64,000 nt of DNA from contig CM082578.2 in NCBI GenBank assembly GCA_040954595.2, positions 18,122,728-18,186,727 of the forward strand. Direction: 5' to 3'. The translations under genes and the position numbers were made by a program. This document shows, piece after piece, positions 40,701 to 52,102 of the stretch; positions within the stretch are counted from its first letter, which is position 1; each line of letters starts with the position of its first letter. The DNA is from Balanoglossus misakiensis (Eukaryota; Animalia; Hemichordata). The notes beneath the pieces are model-generated. The model saw only the letters and a list, made by a program, of their open reading frames with translations. It searched no databases and had not been told where the DNA came from.

Positions 40701-41840
40701 TACTGGCCGTAAATCTATTTTTAGACAACACGGGTCTCCTCTACCCATCACGTCGACTGTTACTTTATACAGAGACACTGCGGAAATTACTTTCTGTGAA
40801 TGCAACTTTTGAAGTGCAGATAATTTGTCATTTTCGGCAATTAGATTGTCTGGTTTGGCTGTCTGCACTGTCTGTCTGTCTGTCTATCTATCGCTCTTTC
40901 CTAATTCTACTTTCTGCCATGTCGTTTTCTACCACTTACTGTAGAAACTAATAGATGTAATTTCAACACAAAATAGACATAAAACTACAGCTACAGTGAG
41001 CTGTTGTTCTGTTGTCCATAAAATTCCTGATTTCAGAGCTTTGACCAAAGCCATATTCCAACTCCGACACCAGGTATCAAATCAATTGGCAGCTGCACGA
41101 TGAATTTAATAATACTGTTGCAAATTTTTATACATGCCAACTGTGAAAGCCACATGTTTGACAAAGGATTGTCCCTAAGCTTGACTTCCCGACTAATAAA
41201 AATCCTTGACAGTTTTTCAGAATAAAATCAGTGTGTATCACAAAGTATGTGAAATAGTTTGATTGACAGTTTGATATTATGATTTCTGTATTATTCTGTT
41301 CAGCAATGTTCAATATTCAGACTAAGTATTAAAGAAATAGAAGACAAAGTAGCAAGTCTTATCAAAAATGTTCTGTTGAGTTGAATTCTTCACTGTGTAT
41401 GGATTTTAGTGGGTGCACACAAATCATACACAGTCACTCATAGACACTAAGCTATCATATGACGTACGGAAAAAGTAGTCAGGGAAATTATCATTAAGGC
41501 ATTCTTAGTTAAAGATATGCATACTCTTGATTGCTATAAAAAGACACCTTGCATTGCAGTAAAACAATTTGTCATTCTAATGAAATGTCATGAAAACACA
41601 TTGTGATTAATTTTCACGACAAAAAGTGTAAGATTTCTTGAAGAAATGCAAACAATCCATATTAATTGTAATATCTGTACTTTAGTACAGGTCGCGTTAA
41701 AATCCAATCAAGCATTCCCTTCAAACAATTCTCTTATTTTAGAAATGTGGAAAATTATATTCAGTCTTCTTGAAAACTGGTTGACAAAATTCTTCCCTTG
41801 TTTCAAGTGATCTTGAATTACCATCAAACCTGCAGTCATC

Positions 41841-43991
41841 TCATTTTTTCACTCCCAGAGCTTCCATAAAATTGCAAGGTCCTTGATTTGAGAGACCACC
41901 TATGATGTGCAGTCGGTTTTTGAACACAACAGAAGCACATGAACACTGGGGCACAGGACTTGGTGGTAATTTCTCCCATGTATTTGTCTCTAGGTCAAAA
42001 CTTTCCACTTCTGACAGAGCATTGCCTTGGTTACCTGGAGGAAAGAAACAAGTATCAGAGTTGAAATCCCAGATAAAATGTCACCAAATTAAAAGCATTT
42101 GTCAAAATTCCACATGATCTATTCAAACTCCCAAAACATACATGTTATGTACACTTGTTACATAACTGTTTGTCTGTTCTGTATATAATTAGCCATTGTT
42201 GCTAAGCTCATGGTCACCACTACAAATATGAATATTTATATGCAGTCGGTCAGTCAATCAATCAATGTGTTTGCAGTCTATTTAAGACATACCAAAAGAT
42301 AAACTGTAGCACTGCTATTATTATTAAATAAGCATTCAATTATTAGACATTATTTTTAGACCAAAAACAGATGAACAGATGAATGTCAGAAAGTGCTGGG
42401 TAATACAAGAGGCCACAGCTACATGAAATTGTATGTAATTGATGACTTACCCATTCCTATTGCAGCGATGACCCTTCCACCCACATATGCAGCTGCAAAG
42501 TCACCACGCTTACAGATCATTGGCGTGTTGGTGGTCCATTTATCTGAAGTCAGAGATCAACATCGGTGAGCAAAGGCATGGAAAATGAAGCCATCTAGCA
42601 TTTTGTCAACTTGGTTAGACTCCATGTTTGTGACATGGTACATGAAGGAGAACGTTGAGATACTCATCAGTGAATGTATTATTTGTAATGTATGAAATTC
42701 ATCTAGTTTTGGTCACACTGACAATACTAATTTTGCTAGAAAGTGATTTGCAATAATTAACCGAAGAGGAGACATCTACTTCTTATAATGGCACATGGCA
42801 CAGTCACCTACGCACCAATGTACCAGAAGTATGAACAAAAAAATTCACCAGTAGAGGAACACAAACCTTTTTCAATATCATAAGACTCCATAACATCACT
42901 AAACCTATCATTGGGGCTCCTGGTTTGTGGGTTTTCATGGAGCCCACCCAAGCTAAAAAAGTGTGTCTCAGACTCGACATAGCATGGGAAAACTCTCTTG
43001 CTGGGAATGTCAGCTAGCTTCTGCCATTTTCTTTCTTCAACTGGCAATCCAAGGTCTAACATTTCAAATGCAGTTGTTGGCTTTTTTCCGTGTCTTCCCC
43101 CTGTGAATGAACAAACGAACCAACGAACCAACGAATGAATGAATGAACAAAGCAAAGCATAAATAAATCAGTGACTTAATAAATGAACTACACATATGAA
43201 GAATGATACATTAAGTGTGCTCACCTAAAACATATATTTTCTTTCCTTTGAGAAAGGCAGCCGTGGCATACCTAGCTGTTGGCAAAGATGGTAATTCCTG
43301 CCACACATTCTCTTGGATGTCCAAGACTGTTACCATGTCTGAAGGGTTGGTATCTACCTTCATTCCTCCAATGACAATAATCCTGCCCTCTGAAACACAA
43401 TATATCAATGAGATCAGCAAAGTCAAAAATAAAGTTGTAATTTTACATGAAGCATTTTCCATATTATCTACAGGGTTTTATACCCGGTAGATCTATCATG
43501 ACAACTACCTCAATGGATATGATTATTGTCCAGTACTCTCTATCTACACCAGCAGTACTTCCAATTTCTTGACTGACATGACAGTATCCAGATGTAAAAC
43601 ATGACCTGTACGTACCATACAAGAGTGCTGAGATACCCATCACACTTTCTGCTAGGGGCTTCAAGGTTGACCATGATTTAGTTTTCGTGTCATACTTCTC
43701 AACAACATTCACCGGCACCTGATCGTGTCCAACTCCCCCTATTGCAATAATAGCACCATCCGTGGCCACTACTGCCGGTGCAGCTCTTTTGGTCGGCATA
43801 TTCGCAAGTCTCTTCCATTTGTTCTTCTTGGGATCATACGACTCCAAGTTGTCTACTGGGGCACCGACACTGTCACATCCCCCGATCACATACAAAATGC
43901 CATCACACTCCACTGGGGAGCTGTACACTCTCTTAGTTGGCATTGGAGCGAGTTTCTCCCAGTGGTAATCATCTCTACTATTGCTTGCCAT
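41841..43991 (-). CDS. KLHDC8: Kelch domain-containing protein 8 (KLHDC8A/B co-ortholog)
   Basis: 5 exons joined in phase 1: 43616-43991, 43225-43389, 42867-43100, 42451-42543, 41841-42034. Kelch-only protein; WEKLAPMPTKRVYS, YVIGGCD, KRGDFAA and GNQG..C-S-C match recalled KLHDC8. A 5'UTR intron is likely (donor 44602, acceptor 44118). Confidence 0.9.
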
Positions 43992-44712
43992 GACTTGTTA
44001 TTAAAGGGAGCTTTTCACCCAAGTTTTTACAAAGTATTCAAAAAATATCCCTCACACCTGACCACCAACTCTTGTCAGACTGCACTATATACTCATAAAC
44101 TACACACACTGACCTGCCTGTGAAGAAAATGCAAAAATTAACTTTAAACGTTTTCAAATGTCTCAGAATGTTGCAAATTATGTTGCTTGATGGCTTCTCA
44201 TCAACCAAACATGTAGGTGGTAAAGGTGGTTCCTTTTTGGTGTAGCATCGTGGAGCTGAAGTATGATGCTGGCTACAAACGGCGTCCACATCGTGAAGGT
44301 CAGAGGTCGCACATGAAGATGAACCTTGGGCTATTTCACAAAATCATGGCCTATTCGGGCTATGGGTGACAAATCAAGACATGATTAGACAAAACGGTGC
44401 ATGGTGTACTCATGGTAGTATAACTGGCAAAACACAGCCCACAAATCCCGAGTTGAAAAGATCATGTGCAGTATCGCTATTGGTGCCAGCCCATCCCATC
44501 TCTCCAACTGGAGAGCCATCGGAACCGAGTAATGGCATTTGTTTGAAGTCTAGGTTCCGAACTCATGCCCTCGCCGGGGTGTAGTGTACTATGCATACTC
44601 ACCGCAACAATGCTCAGCTATAAAGTTGGACACATGTGTATCCCGGTATCAATTCCGCATCTAACTGTCACATCGCACGAAGGGACAGGGACGCCTTACA
44701 CACATGTGCAAA

Positions 44713-44720
44713 CCGGAAGT
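44713..44720. promoter_or_regulatory. ETS/GABP site in the putative KLHDC8 promoter
   Basis: CCGGAAGT about 110 bp upstream of the presumed non-coding exon donor, in a CpG-rich patch. Confidence 0.4.
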
Positions 44721-44932
44721 AGCGGTCGTGTCTGTTTGTTGCCGGTTGTGTTGGTGTTTCTAAGCAAGAATGGTGAGGGCGCACAACCGCTGGAGCAGGA
44801 ATGATGCACGCACTGACCATCATCACTAAAAAGCATAAACTCAGGACCATAATTTTCTGTATGTAGGAGACACTCCAAGCCTACATTTTTGGCCAAACAC
44901 TGACGCCAGAATCCTGCATTTTCTACTTAATA

Positions 44933-44975
44933 ATACATACATGTACATACATACATACCTACATACCTACATACA
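44933..44975. repeat. Imperfect (TACA)n microsatellite
   Basis: atacatacatgtacatacatacatacctacatacctacataca read directly. Confidence 0.8.
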
Positions 44976-45935
44976 ATACTTGCTTACAAATGCGTCGGAT
45001 TACTGATCGAATGGATCCACGAAAGAAAACGAAGAACGTTCAAATCCACATAGAAACTTTATTAGAACATTCTGCGTACATTTAGTTTAAAAGTCTTGGC
45101 TATAGTTTAGTGAAAGTATATGTACACTGATAAATGCAAGAGGGTAAGAATCTAAGTTGCATATTGTAGTATTAATTCTAGAATGTGGACATAAGGTGAA
45201 ACAGGATCATGAAAGTTGGTCAGTGGTTCATCCATTTGGATATAAAGCTTACAGAAATAATTGACATATACTGTCTACCAACACAAAATACATGACCATA
45301 GTTGAAATTCACAATGTGGAAAAAAATTGCCATTACATGTACTATTAATGTTGAATAATTATAACTCTACAAGTTCAACATGATCAAAATCCACCACAAC
45401 CTGAAGTCATAATATTCAAAGAGCACTTCTCTTTTCACAGTGAACATTTCATGCAAAAATCGTAATTACATGTGATTCACTAAAATGGCAGAAGAAAAAA
45501 ATCTGTGAAATGTGAATGACTTGTGCTTGCATGTTGGTTACAGTTACAATTAACTCACCACCACTTAAAGTGGACCTCTTTTTCTTAAATACTATTTACA
45601 TGGCAAGGGCTGATCCTCAAGTAAAGTCTGTCCTAGGTAGTACATTTCTTTGATTTCCATTGAAATCATTATCCAGTGAACATATTCCTGCTAAGGTCAT
45701 CCTGACTCCCTCCCCTCAAAATCTAGCCTTTACAGCGCCCCCTGTGACAGACAGCTGTATTCCCATTCTCTCTCCATGGTACAATCTTGTGCAGTATTCA
45801 TTATAAAAAGAGTTTGGCAGTTTGGTGTAAAATTATATTATACATCTGATCTATTTTTAAAAAAACTATTACCGGTAGTTTGAATGAAAATGATATTATA
45901 CAATTGCATACTCGTACGTCTATCACACTAGAGCT

Positions 45936-48742
45936 TCAATACTTGCTTGTTGATCTAATTATACAGTCGATAGCTCTCTCTATACCTAGATGCTTCACCA
46001 TCTGTCGGAACTTGGCTGGCATTGATTTCAGAGTTCCACTTGTGTCAAGTCGGCTCACTGCAATCAACAAAAGGACGATTAGCAGGACACAAACCAGTTG
46101 GCAAGAGAATGGGATTTTGAATGATTACAAATAAAAGATTGAGTGTATGGAGATATATCTCAACATGAAAATGTTTCCAGGTTTCAAGCTTGTGCGTGAT
46201 TTCTTCCGTGTTGCACCACTTACAGGTGTGTATATACTGGCAATATAGAAATCTGAAAGTTAATCACAGACCCTGGAAATACTCCCCTGCAGGTTTTACC
46301 AGCATATCATAGGTTGAACTGGCATAGAAGATAGGACAAACAGTTTTGTTTCTTTATCAGAGAAATTACGGTGAATTAGCACTCACATTGTTTTGGTGCC
46401 TTCACGAACAGGTCAAGACTCGGGGTCAGCCTGCCTCTCGGTCCCACTGACATCTTCCATTGAATTTTGAATATGGGACTAGGAATCAAACAAAGGAGGT
46501 ACATCATTTCACAGTCAATTGAGTGACGGGGATCATTTAGATGGGATTAGAAACAATTGCCAACAGTGTTTGCAAGTACAATTACACTGATTGGTCTAGG
46601 ATTATGTAAATGAATCACAAACTCTGCACTGTGAAATCACTTGGTTGATTAGAGAAACCATAGACACTACTGTCTATGGAGAAACACACCAGCATACACG
46701 TAGTCTGTGTGGGAGAATGGAGAAAATCTTACCCAGAGTATGTAGGATGGTTAAACTGGATTGTGTTACCATTTGGGCCACCCAACACTCTGACTATCTT
46801 GGGGTAAAGTTGCTGTGAAAAGAAATATGGGAAATGGTTTAATTGACTTATTAGAGGATTTTCAAGTCATACAACCCAAAACTCAAAGCCCATTTCACAA
46901 AGTACCTGTAAATGCTAGAACAGTCTCACATGTACATACCCTGAAATATTCAAATGTCTTCTGTCTGTACTGGTACCAGTGACAGCAATTTTCAAAAGAC
47001 CGGAAGAACAGCTGCAAGTTTTTCTCCTCCTCCACCTTTTTGATAAATTCCCTCATTTCGCCTTGCAGCCGACCATCAATGGAGATTTTCAGTCGTGTTA
47101 TCTTAGCTGTTGTGTGGCTTTCACCCTCTGCTGCTGCCTCATTACTTGTCTGTGGTGAGCAAGTTTAAGCAAAGGTGAACGACCTTTGAGGAGTCATGAA
47201 TTCATGTGTTGCACAAGATGGAAGTGGTTTCACAGAATCATATTAAAATTTTCATTATGAGGACAAATCATTTAGTTTGGAGTGAAGTGTCTTATTTCTG
47301 TGGAATTGTACTCACCCGTGTTTCTGTCACATCAAACTCGACTTGGAAAGTGAGTCCATAACTATCTCCCCACACAGTCTGCCTTCGACTCGTCTGCCGA
47401 CTGGAATGCGCTAACACTTTGTTTATCACATCCGTGAAGTTGATCTCAAAGAAAAGTGTGTTAATTTTAATCTGCAATTGAGAAAAGGGAAATGTTGCCC
47501 ACTTATGGAAGCCAAATACGCATTTTTACTAATGACATATGTAATTGTGTACTTTTGTTCACCATATCATGCTCATTGCTGGTGACAAAGAAACTGTGTT
47601 TTGTAAAGTAATACTGTATGGACTCGCCTTACTACTTTGACCATCAACATCTTCAGTCAGTTCATGGGCTCCATGAAAGTGTTTCCTAGAATACAAACAA
47701 TCGGTAAGAATTGTGAAATACTTAATTGAATGTGGTAGACTTCCCACTTATTACAATAACTTTGTGTCTGAGGGAGTAAATGTATATTAGCCTTGAATGT
47801 TCAACCACGTTTATAATTGTATGACTGTCCACAAATGTATGTTATTCTGGAGTTTGCATAAATAGTCTCTATTTTTGCTTATAATTCAAGTTGGTGAAAG
47901 AATCTCACATGATTTCTTGTAGCTGTGAATCCTTGAATTCCAGGGTTTCGTCTTCTTGCCTATGTGCTTCATCTTCCAATAATGAAATTTCTCTTTTTAA
48001 TTTGTCAATTTTGCGACTGTATTGTTCATTTAATGCTGCATAGTCCTGGTTTTCAGTGCCAAGTGGGCGGTTTTCTTTGAGTAGCAGCTTCGGAACAGGA
48101 TCAGATTCGTGGGACTCGCGGATATTCACTCTTTTATCAATGAACCTATCAACAGAATCCAATTCGCTGCTTGGTTCGTTTTCAGGAAATCTGCCCAGAA
48201 AGAAAAATGAGCGAAAAACACAATGTAAATATATACAAGAATGTACCTGCAAACCTTAAACCACAAATCATCTAACATGATTTGAATAGTTTTAAGTCAA
48301 TTTAAGAAATTCGGGATATTTCTTTGAGTCATTTCTAGAGGGTCTGGTGAGTTTGGGGGTCAGCGACTTGTCATCACAACACATACAGTGACATAGCTGC
48401 AGTTCAGTAGGTGGACAACAACACAATAACCACACAAGACATTGATATTCTCCGCAAAATATACTTATTGTTGCAATCCATACTGAAGCTGGGACACGGA
48501 CTGTCAGAGCGATGGTCACTCAACGCCATATACATGTACTGTACCCTAGCGGTAGCCCTGTCGTTCATTACAAAACATTACATTTCACACACAGTTACGA
48601 AAAGGAAGTGTTAGCTGCAATGATTGTAGCGGGTGCTGCTAGGTTGACTTGTGTGTTGAGAACACACCATAACAGTGTATACTCACTGGCCAATCGAGCG
48701 ATTCACATTGTCAAACAGATCTGCTTCGGACGAGCTAGCCAT
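45936..48742 (-). CDS. CENPP: Centromere protein P (CENP-P)
   Basis: Exons 48687-48742, 47909-48190, 47628-47685 (3' boundary uncertain), 47316-47471, 46940-47149, 46733-46812, 46387-46478, 45936-46057. The translation TFQVEFDV..EFIKKVEEEKNLQLFFRSF..WYQYRQKTFEYFRQLYP..IQWKM..LTPSLDLFVKAP..FRQMVKHLGIERAIDCII matches the recalled CENP-P RWD region. The neighbouring NOL8 supports the call. Confidence 0.88.
46652..46685. mobile_element. 20-bp palindromic micro-insertion or transposon footprint with 7-bp TSD, copy 2
   Basis: GAGAAAC-[CATAGAC ACTACT GTCTATG]-GAGAAAC in a CENPP intron. Confidence 0.7.
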
Positions 48743-49379
48743 CTTCGATTTCAAAGTGCGTCTCCCACAATCTGAAAAAAACGACGTGATCGTGACAGGG
48801 TTTACCAGTGATCTAACTGGGTAAGCGATTGGATGAGACGACTGAAGACGGTGCGATCATTCATCTTGTTGTTTTCAAACTGTCCGCCATTGAGTATTGT
48901 GTGAGTGTTCGTTATTTCGATCCTCCTCTAAAAATCTGGACCCAGTGAAGTGAAAACAAATGAAACCAAACGTAGACATATATCCCATCACTTTTCAGAA
49001 ATGTACAATTTTGAAAACTGATGCACATTCACCAATAAATACATCGAACACCGGGAATACAAACAGAGAAAGTGACTTTTTCGCCTTTCTTTCTCTGTGG
49101 TGACGTGTGAGGGCGCACTCCTAATTAAAGAGACGAAACTCATCTGCGTTGGAGGTTTGAGTGGTTGGTGAATTATATCACATATGATATTTGTCATCCA
49201 CAATACCATATTTTTCGTACAGAAATAGGTAAGCTAACATTTGTATGGGCGAGTATATTTTATGCAAGTTTTAAACAACAAAGCATAGCTCTATCGCACA
49301 AACATAGGGCGACCCTGGGGATTGCGCAACACTGCACTGCAGTACACGTCAAGACCTGACACTTTAAGGGGTGATATCC

Positions 49380-49395
49380 GGGGGGGGGGGGGGGG
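49380..49395 (+). repeat. Poly-G (G16) tract, G-quadruplex-capable
   Basis: Read directly, about 100 bp upstream of the TRIM splice acceptor. Confidence 0.85.
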
Positions 49396-49504
49396 TTAGA
49401 ACATTGAGACTGTGCCAGTCGTCTTCTGGACAAACCAAGAAAGCCCCATTCTCCTTTCTCTAAATTTCTGATCCCAACTTTTCCCCTCCAGGTCACTATA
49501 CATC

Positions 49505-50872
49505 ATGGCCAGCAATTCCAAAAATGGTCTCATCGATATCCAACAGTTGTGTGGAATCTGTTTGCAAAGTTTCAGACATCCCAAACTACTCTCCTGTTTG
49601 CACACCTTCTGTTTGTACTGCCTGAAAATCTGCGTCACCAACAATGAATTCAACAAGGCAATCGTCTGTCCTATCTGCGACCACAAAACTATCATGCCAG
49701 ATGGTGGACTCAAGGAGCTGAAAAATAATCCAGTGGTTGGCTCTAAACCAGTGAGCAGGTGCATGGATTGCATGAGAGCTCCCCCGGATTCTGAATGCCA
49801 GGAGTGCAGAGTCGACCTCTGCACCAACTGTGTAACCACGCACAGGTACAACTATCCACTGCATCGCTTCAGAAGCAGCACTACGTCCGAGCAGATTCCA
49901 CTGCAGTGTTCCAAGCACAGCCGGCAGTGCCGGGAGTTCTGTCAGATTTGCGACGAGCTCCTCTGCGACAAATGCCACTTGGCTCATGTGAGTCACATTG
50001 TGTTCGGCCTGGAGGAGTGCTGCGTGGATGCCGCAAACGACATCAGAGAAGCCACGGAAAAATGCGGCCAGCAGATAGAGTGCCTGCAAAAAACAACCAG
50101 AGACATTGAAAGGGTGGCTGGGCAGATCCAGAAAGAGAAGGAAACGAAACTCGGTAGAATCAACGACAAGTTTGCTGCGTTGCACCGACAGCTGGATGCG
50201 TACAAGGAATCTTTGACTCTCAGATTGGAAGAAAATTTCTGCGAAAAGCTGAAGTACCTCCAGGTGGAGAAACACAGCATGTACATAGGAGAGAGCCTGA
50301 TCAAACACAGCTGCGATTTTGCTGAGAAGATGGTAACCAAGCCGAACCAAGGCAGTGAAATTCTGGCATACAAGAGGGACATTATGGAGAGACTGTGTAA
50401 GCTGTACCTGGCTACAAGTTTCTTGCCTCGGTTTGAGGCTCGAAAGTTCAATAACTGCCTGCCAGAGTTGGAGGTGGAAGAACTGGGTGATCTTGAGGCC
50501 TGCCTGGGAAGGTTGACCATAGCAGATAGAAGCAACCAGTTAGGACCAAAGTCACCAGCAGAGAGAGCTGCAGATTCCAGAGGTGGTCTACCTAATTATG
50601 CCCAGAAGGTAGATGGTACAGTACAGAACATACGAACAAATAGCTTAGATGTTACCTCTGATCGTGATTACTATGATTGCCTGGAAGGTGCTTCTAGTAC
50701 TAGGTACATGTATGTGGAAGATGGTTTCAATGGTAGGAAAAGCCGTGGACCTAATAGCAGCATTGTGAAGCAGACTGACATTGGTAATGGCGACGACGGT
50801 GCTGCGGGGGACAAGGACAATGAAATACTGGAGCGGATAATGACAAATCCTGGTACTTTGCGACCGGGATGA
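49505..50872 (+). CDS. TRIM/RBCC protein (RING, B-box1, B-box2, coiled coil), TRIM56/45-like, single coding exon, no recognisable C-terminal domain
   Basis: RING CGIC..PKLLSCLHTFCLYC..CPIC; B-box1 CMDC..CQEC..LCTNC..H; B-box2 CSKH..FCQIC..LCDKC..HVSH; heptad region follows. Acceptor TTTTCCCCTCCAG at 49491 precedes the ATG; AATAAA at 51331. Confidence 0.9.
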   Translation: MASNSKNGLIDIQQLCGICLQSFRHPKLLSCLHTFCLYCLKICVTNNEFNKAIVCPICDHKTIMPDGGLKELKNNPVVGSKPVSRCMDCMRAPPDSECQECRVDLCTNCVTTHRYNYPLHRFRSSTTSEQIPLQCSKHSRQCREFCQICDELLCDKCHLAHVSHIVFGLEECCVDAANDIREATEKCGQQIECLQKTTRDIERVAGQIQKEKETKLGRINDKFAALHRQLDAYKESLTLRLEENFCEKLKYLQVEKHSMYIGESLIKHSCDFAEKMVTKPNQGSEILAYKRDIMERLCKLYLATSFLPRFEARKFNNCLPELEVEELGDLEACLGRLTIADRSNQLGPKSPAERAADSRGGLPNYAQKVDGTVQNIRTNSLDVTSDRDYYDCLEGASSTRYMYVEDGFNGRKSRGPNSSIVKQTDIGNGDDGAAGDKDNEILERIMTNPGTLRPG

Positions 50873-51607
50873 TATCAAGGACATGATTAGTGTGAACTGT
50901 GAAGCAGAACTTGGATGAAAGAAGTTGCATTGTAGAACTGGACAAAGTGTTGTTTTTGTGCCAACATAGACTGGATCGTATCGTTCAGTCACAAGACGTA
51001 GATTTTAACTTTTGAAGAAAAGAAACTTCATTTGAGTTCAAAGTTCATGGAAACCATACACTTCTGATTGTCTTGTTTGTGATTAGCCTTGAAAAAAGAT
51101 CATGACACAAACCAACATTTTTTGAAACAGAGAAATTTCATGTACTATTTAAATCAGTTTTGTTTCATGTTTTGTTTATTTCCTTGTTTGTTGGAGTCGT
51201 GATTTGAATTTTAGACAGCTTAAGGATGTGAAAGGAGAGGGAAAACTTGTTGATTGGTACATGATGATGGAGATGAGTTTATCTCGTTCAATTTGTTTCA
51301 TACTGTTCCTGTTTTGATCATTGTTCTTTCAATAAATATGAATCAAGTGCAAAAGACATTTTTGTTCTGACGTGTTTATACCACTTGTGATACGAAGGAT
51401 TTTTAATAACAACCAGAGAGGGCGCTGTACAAATGACCTAGTGTAAAACAGCTGGGTAGTCGTACACGATGAACATGGCCGAACTGGCCCACGTGTTGAA
51501 GGTAGGTACAGTTCTGTCTGCTGGTGACACCGCAAATTCATTCTAGCGATTGGTCATTGGTACAAAAATTGAAAGATATCATATTCCGCTACTGAGCCAA
51601 ACATAAA

Positions 51608-51629
51608 GGAGGCGGGGGGCGGGGCGGGG
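51608..51629 (+). promoter_or_regulatory. GC-box cluster / G4-capable tract near the NOL8 5' end
   Basis: GGAGGCGGGGGGCGGGGCGGGG contains overlapping GGGCGG motifs. Confidence 0.45.
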
Positions 51630-51974
51630 GTAGTGATCGAACCCCAACTCTTGATATGACCTGGCCATATTCTGAAATGTAGCTCAGAAAAGGTCTGCTG
51701 TTCCGTAGAACCGTGATAGAAATGTCCCGTCATAATTTTGGTTTGGGGCACGTAGAAACTCCAGACAAAACTTCGGTTCTCTCAAGTCATAACACATATA
51801 ACCACTCGACCAGGTTAATAAAAGGGAGTTGGTTGCGATAGAACTTACGTATAAGTTTCTCTGACCCGCCTTCTGGGGTCTAGGAATGTTCACCATTCCA
51901 TAGACCCATGTGGTTTTATGCGTGAGCCTGTTAGGGCCCAGAAGAGGCTTGAGTTGGGATGGGACGCCGAGATG

Positions 51975-51988
51975 GTTACCATGACAAC
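51975..51988. promoter_or_regulatory. RFX X-box upstream of the NOL8 start codon
   Basis: GTTACCATGACAAC, about 115 bp before the ATG. Confidence 0.5.
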
Positions 51989-52102
51989 GCCATGAAATAG
52001 TGGCTATTACACTCCCATACATGCACATTGAAATTATACATGTTTCACCTGTGTCATATTTCCATTTGAATGATACAGTTCTACTACTAGGAAGCACAAA
52101 AG

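Noticed and set aside
25819-43991. PARP3 and KLHDC8 linkage echoing human 3p21 (PARP3, KLHDC8B)
   Set aside because: The human genes are megabases apart, so this is at most macrosynteny and cannot be tested here.
49586-50535. Antisense ORFs of 254 and 180 aa
   Set aside because: They overlap the TRIM exon on the opposite strand and show no motifs; these are shadow ORFs.
24941-51426. CTCF-like AG(G/A)GGGCGC cores near 24945, 45735 and 51415
   Set aside because: Each deviates from the CTCF consensus in the upstream half; unsupported without a PWM scan or ChIP data.
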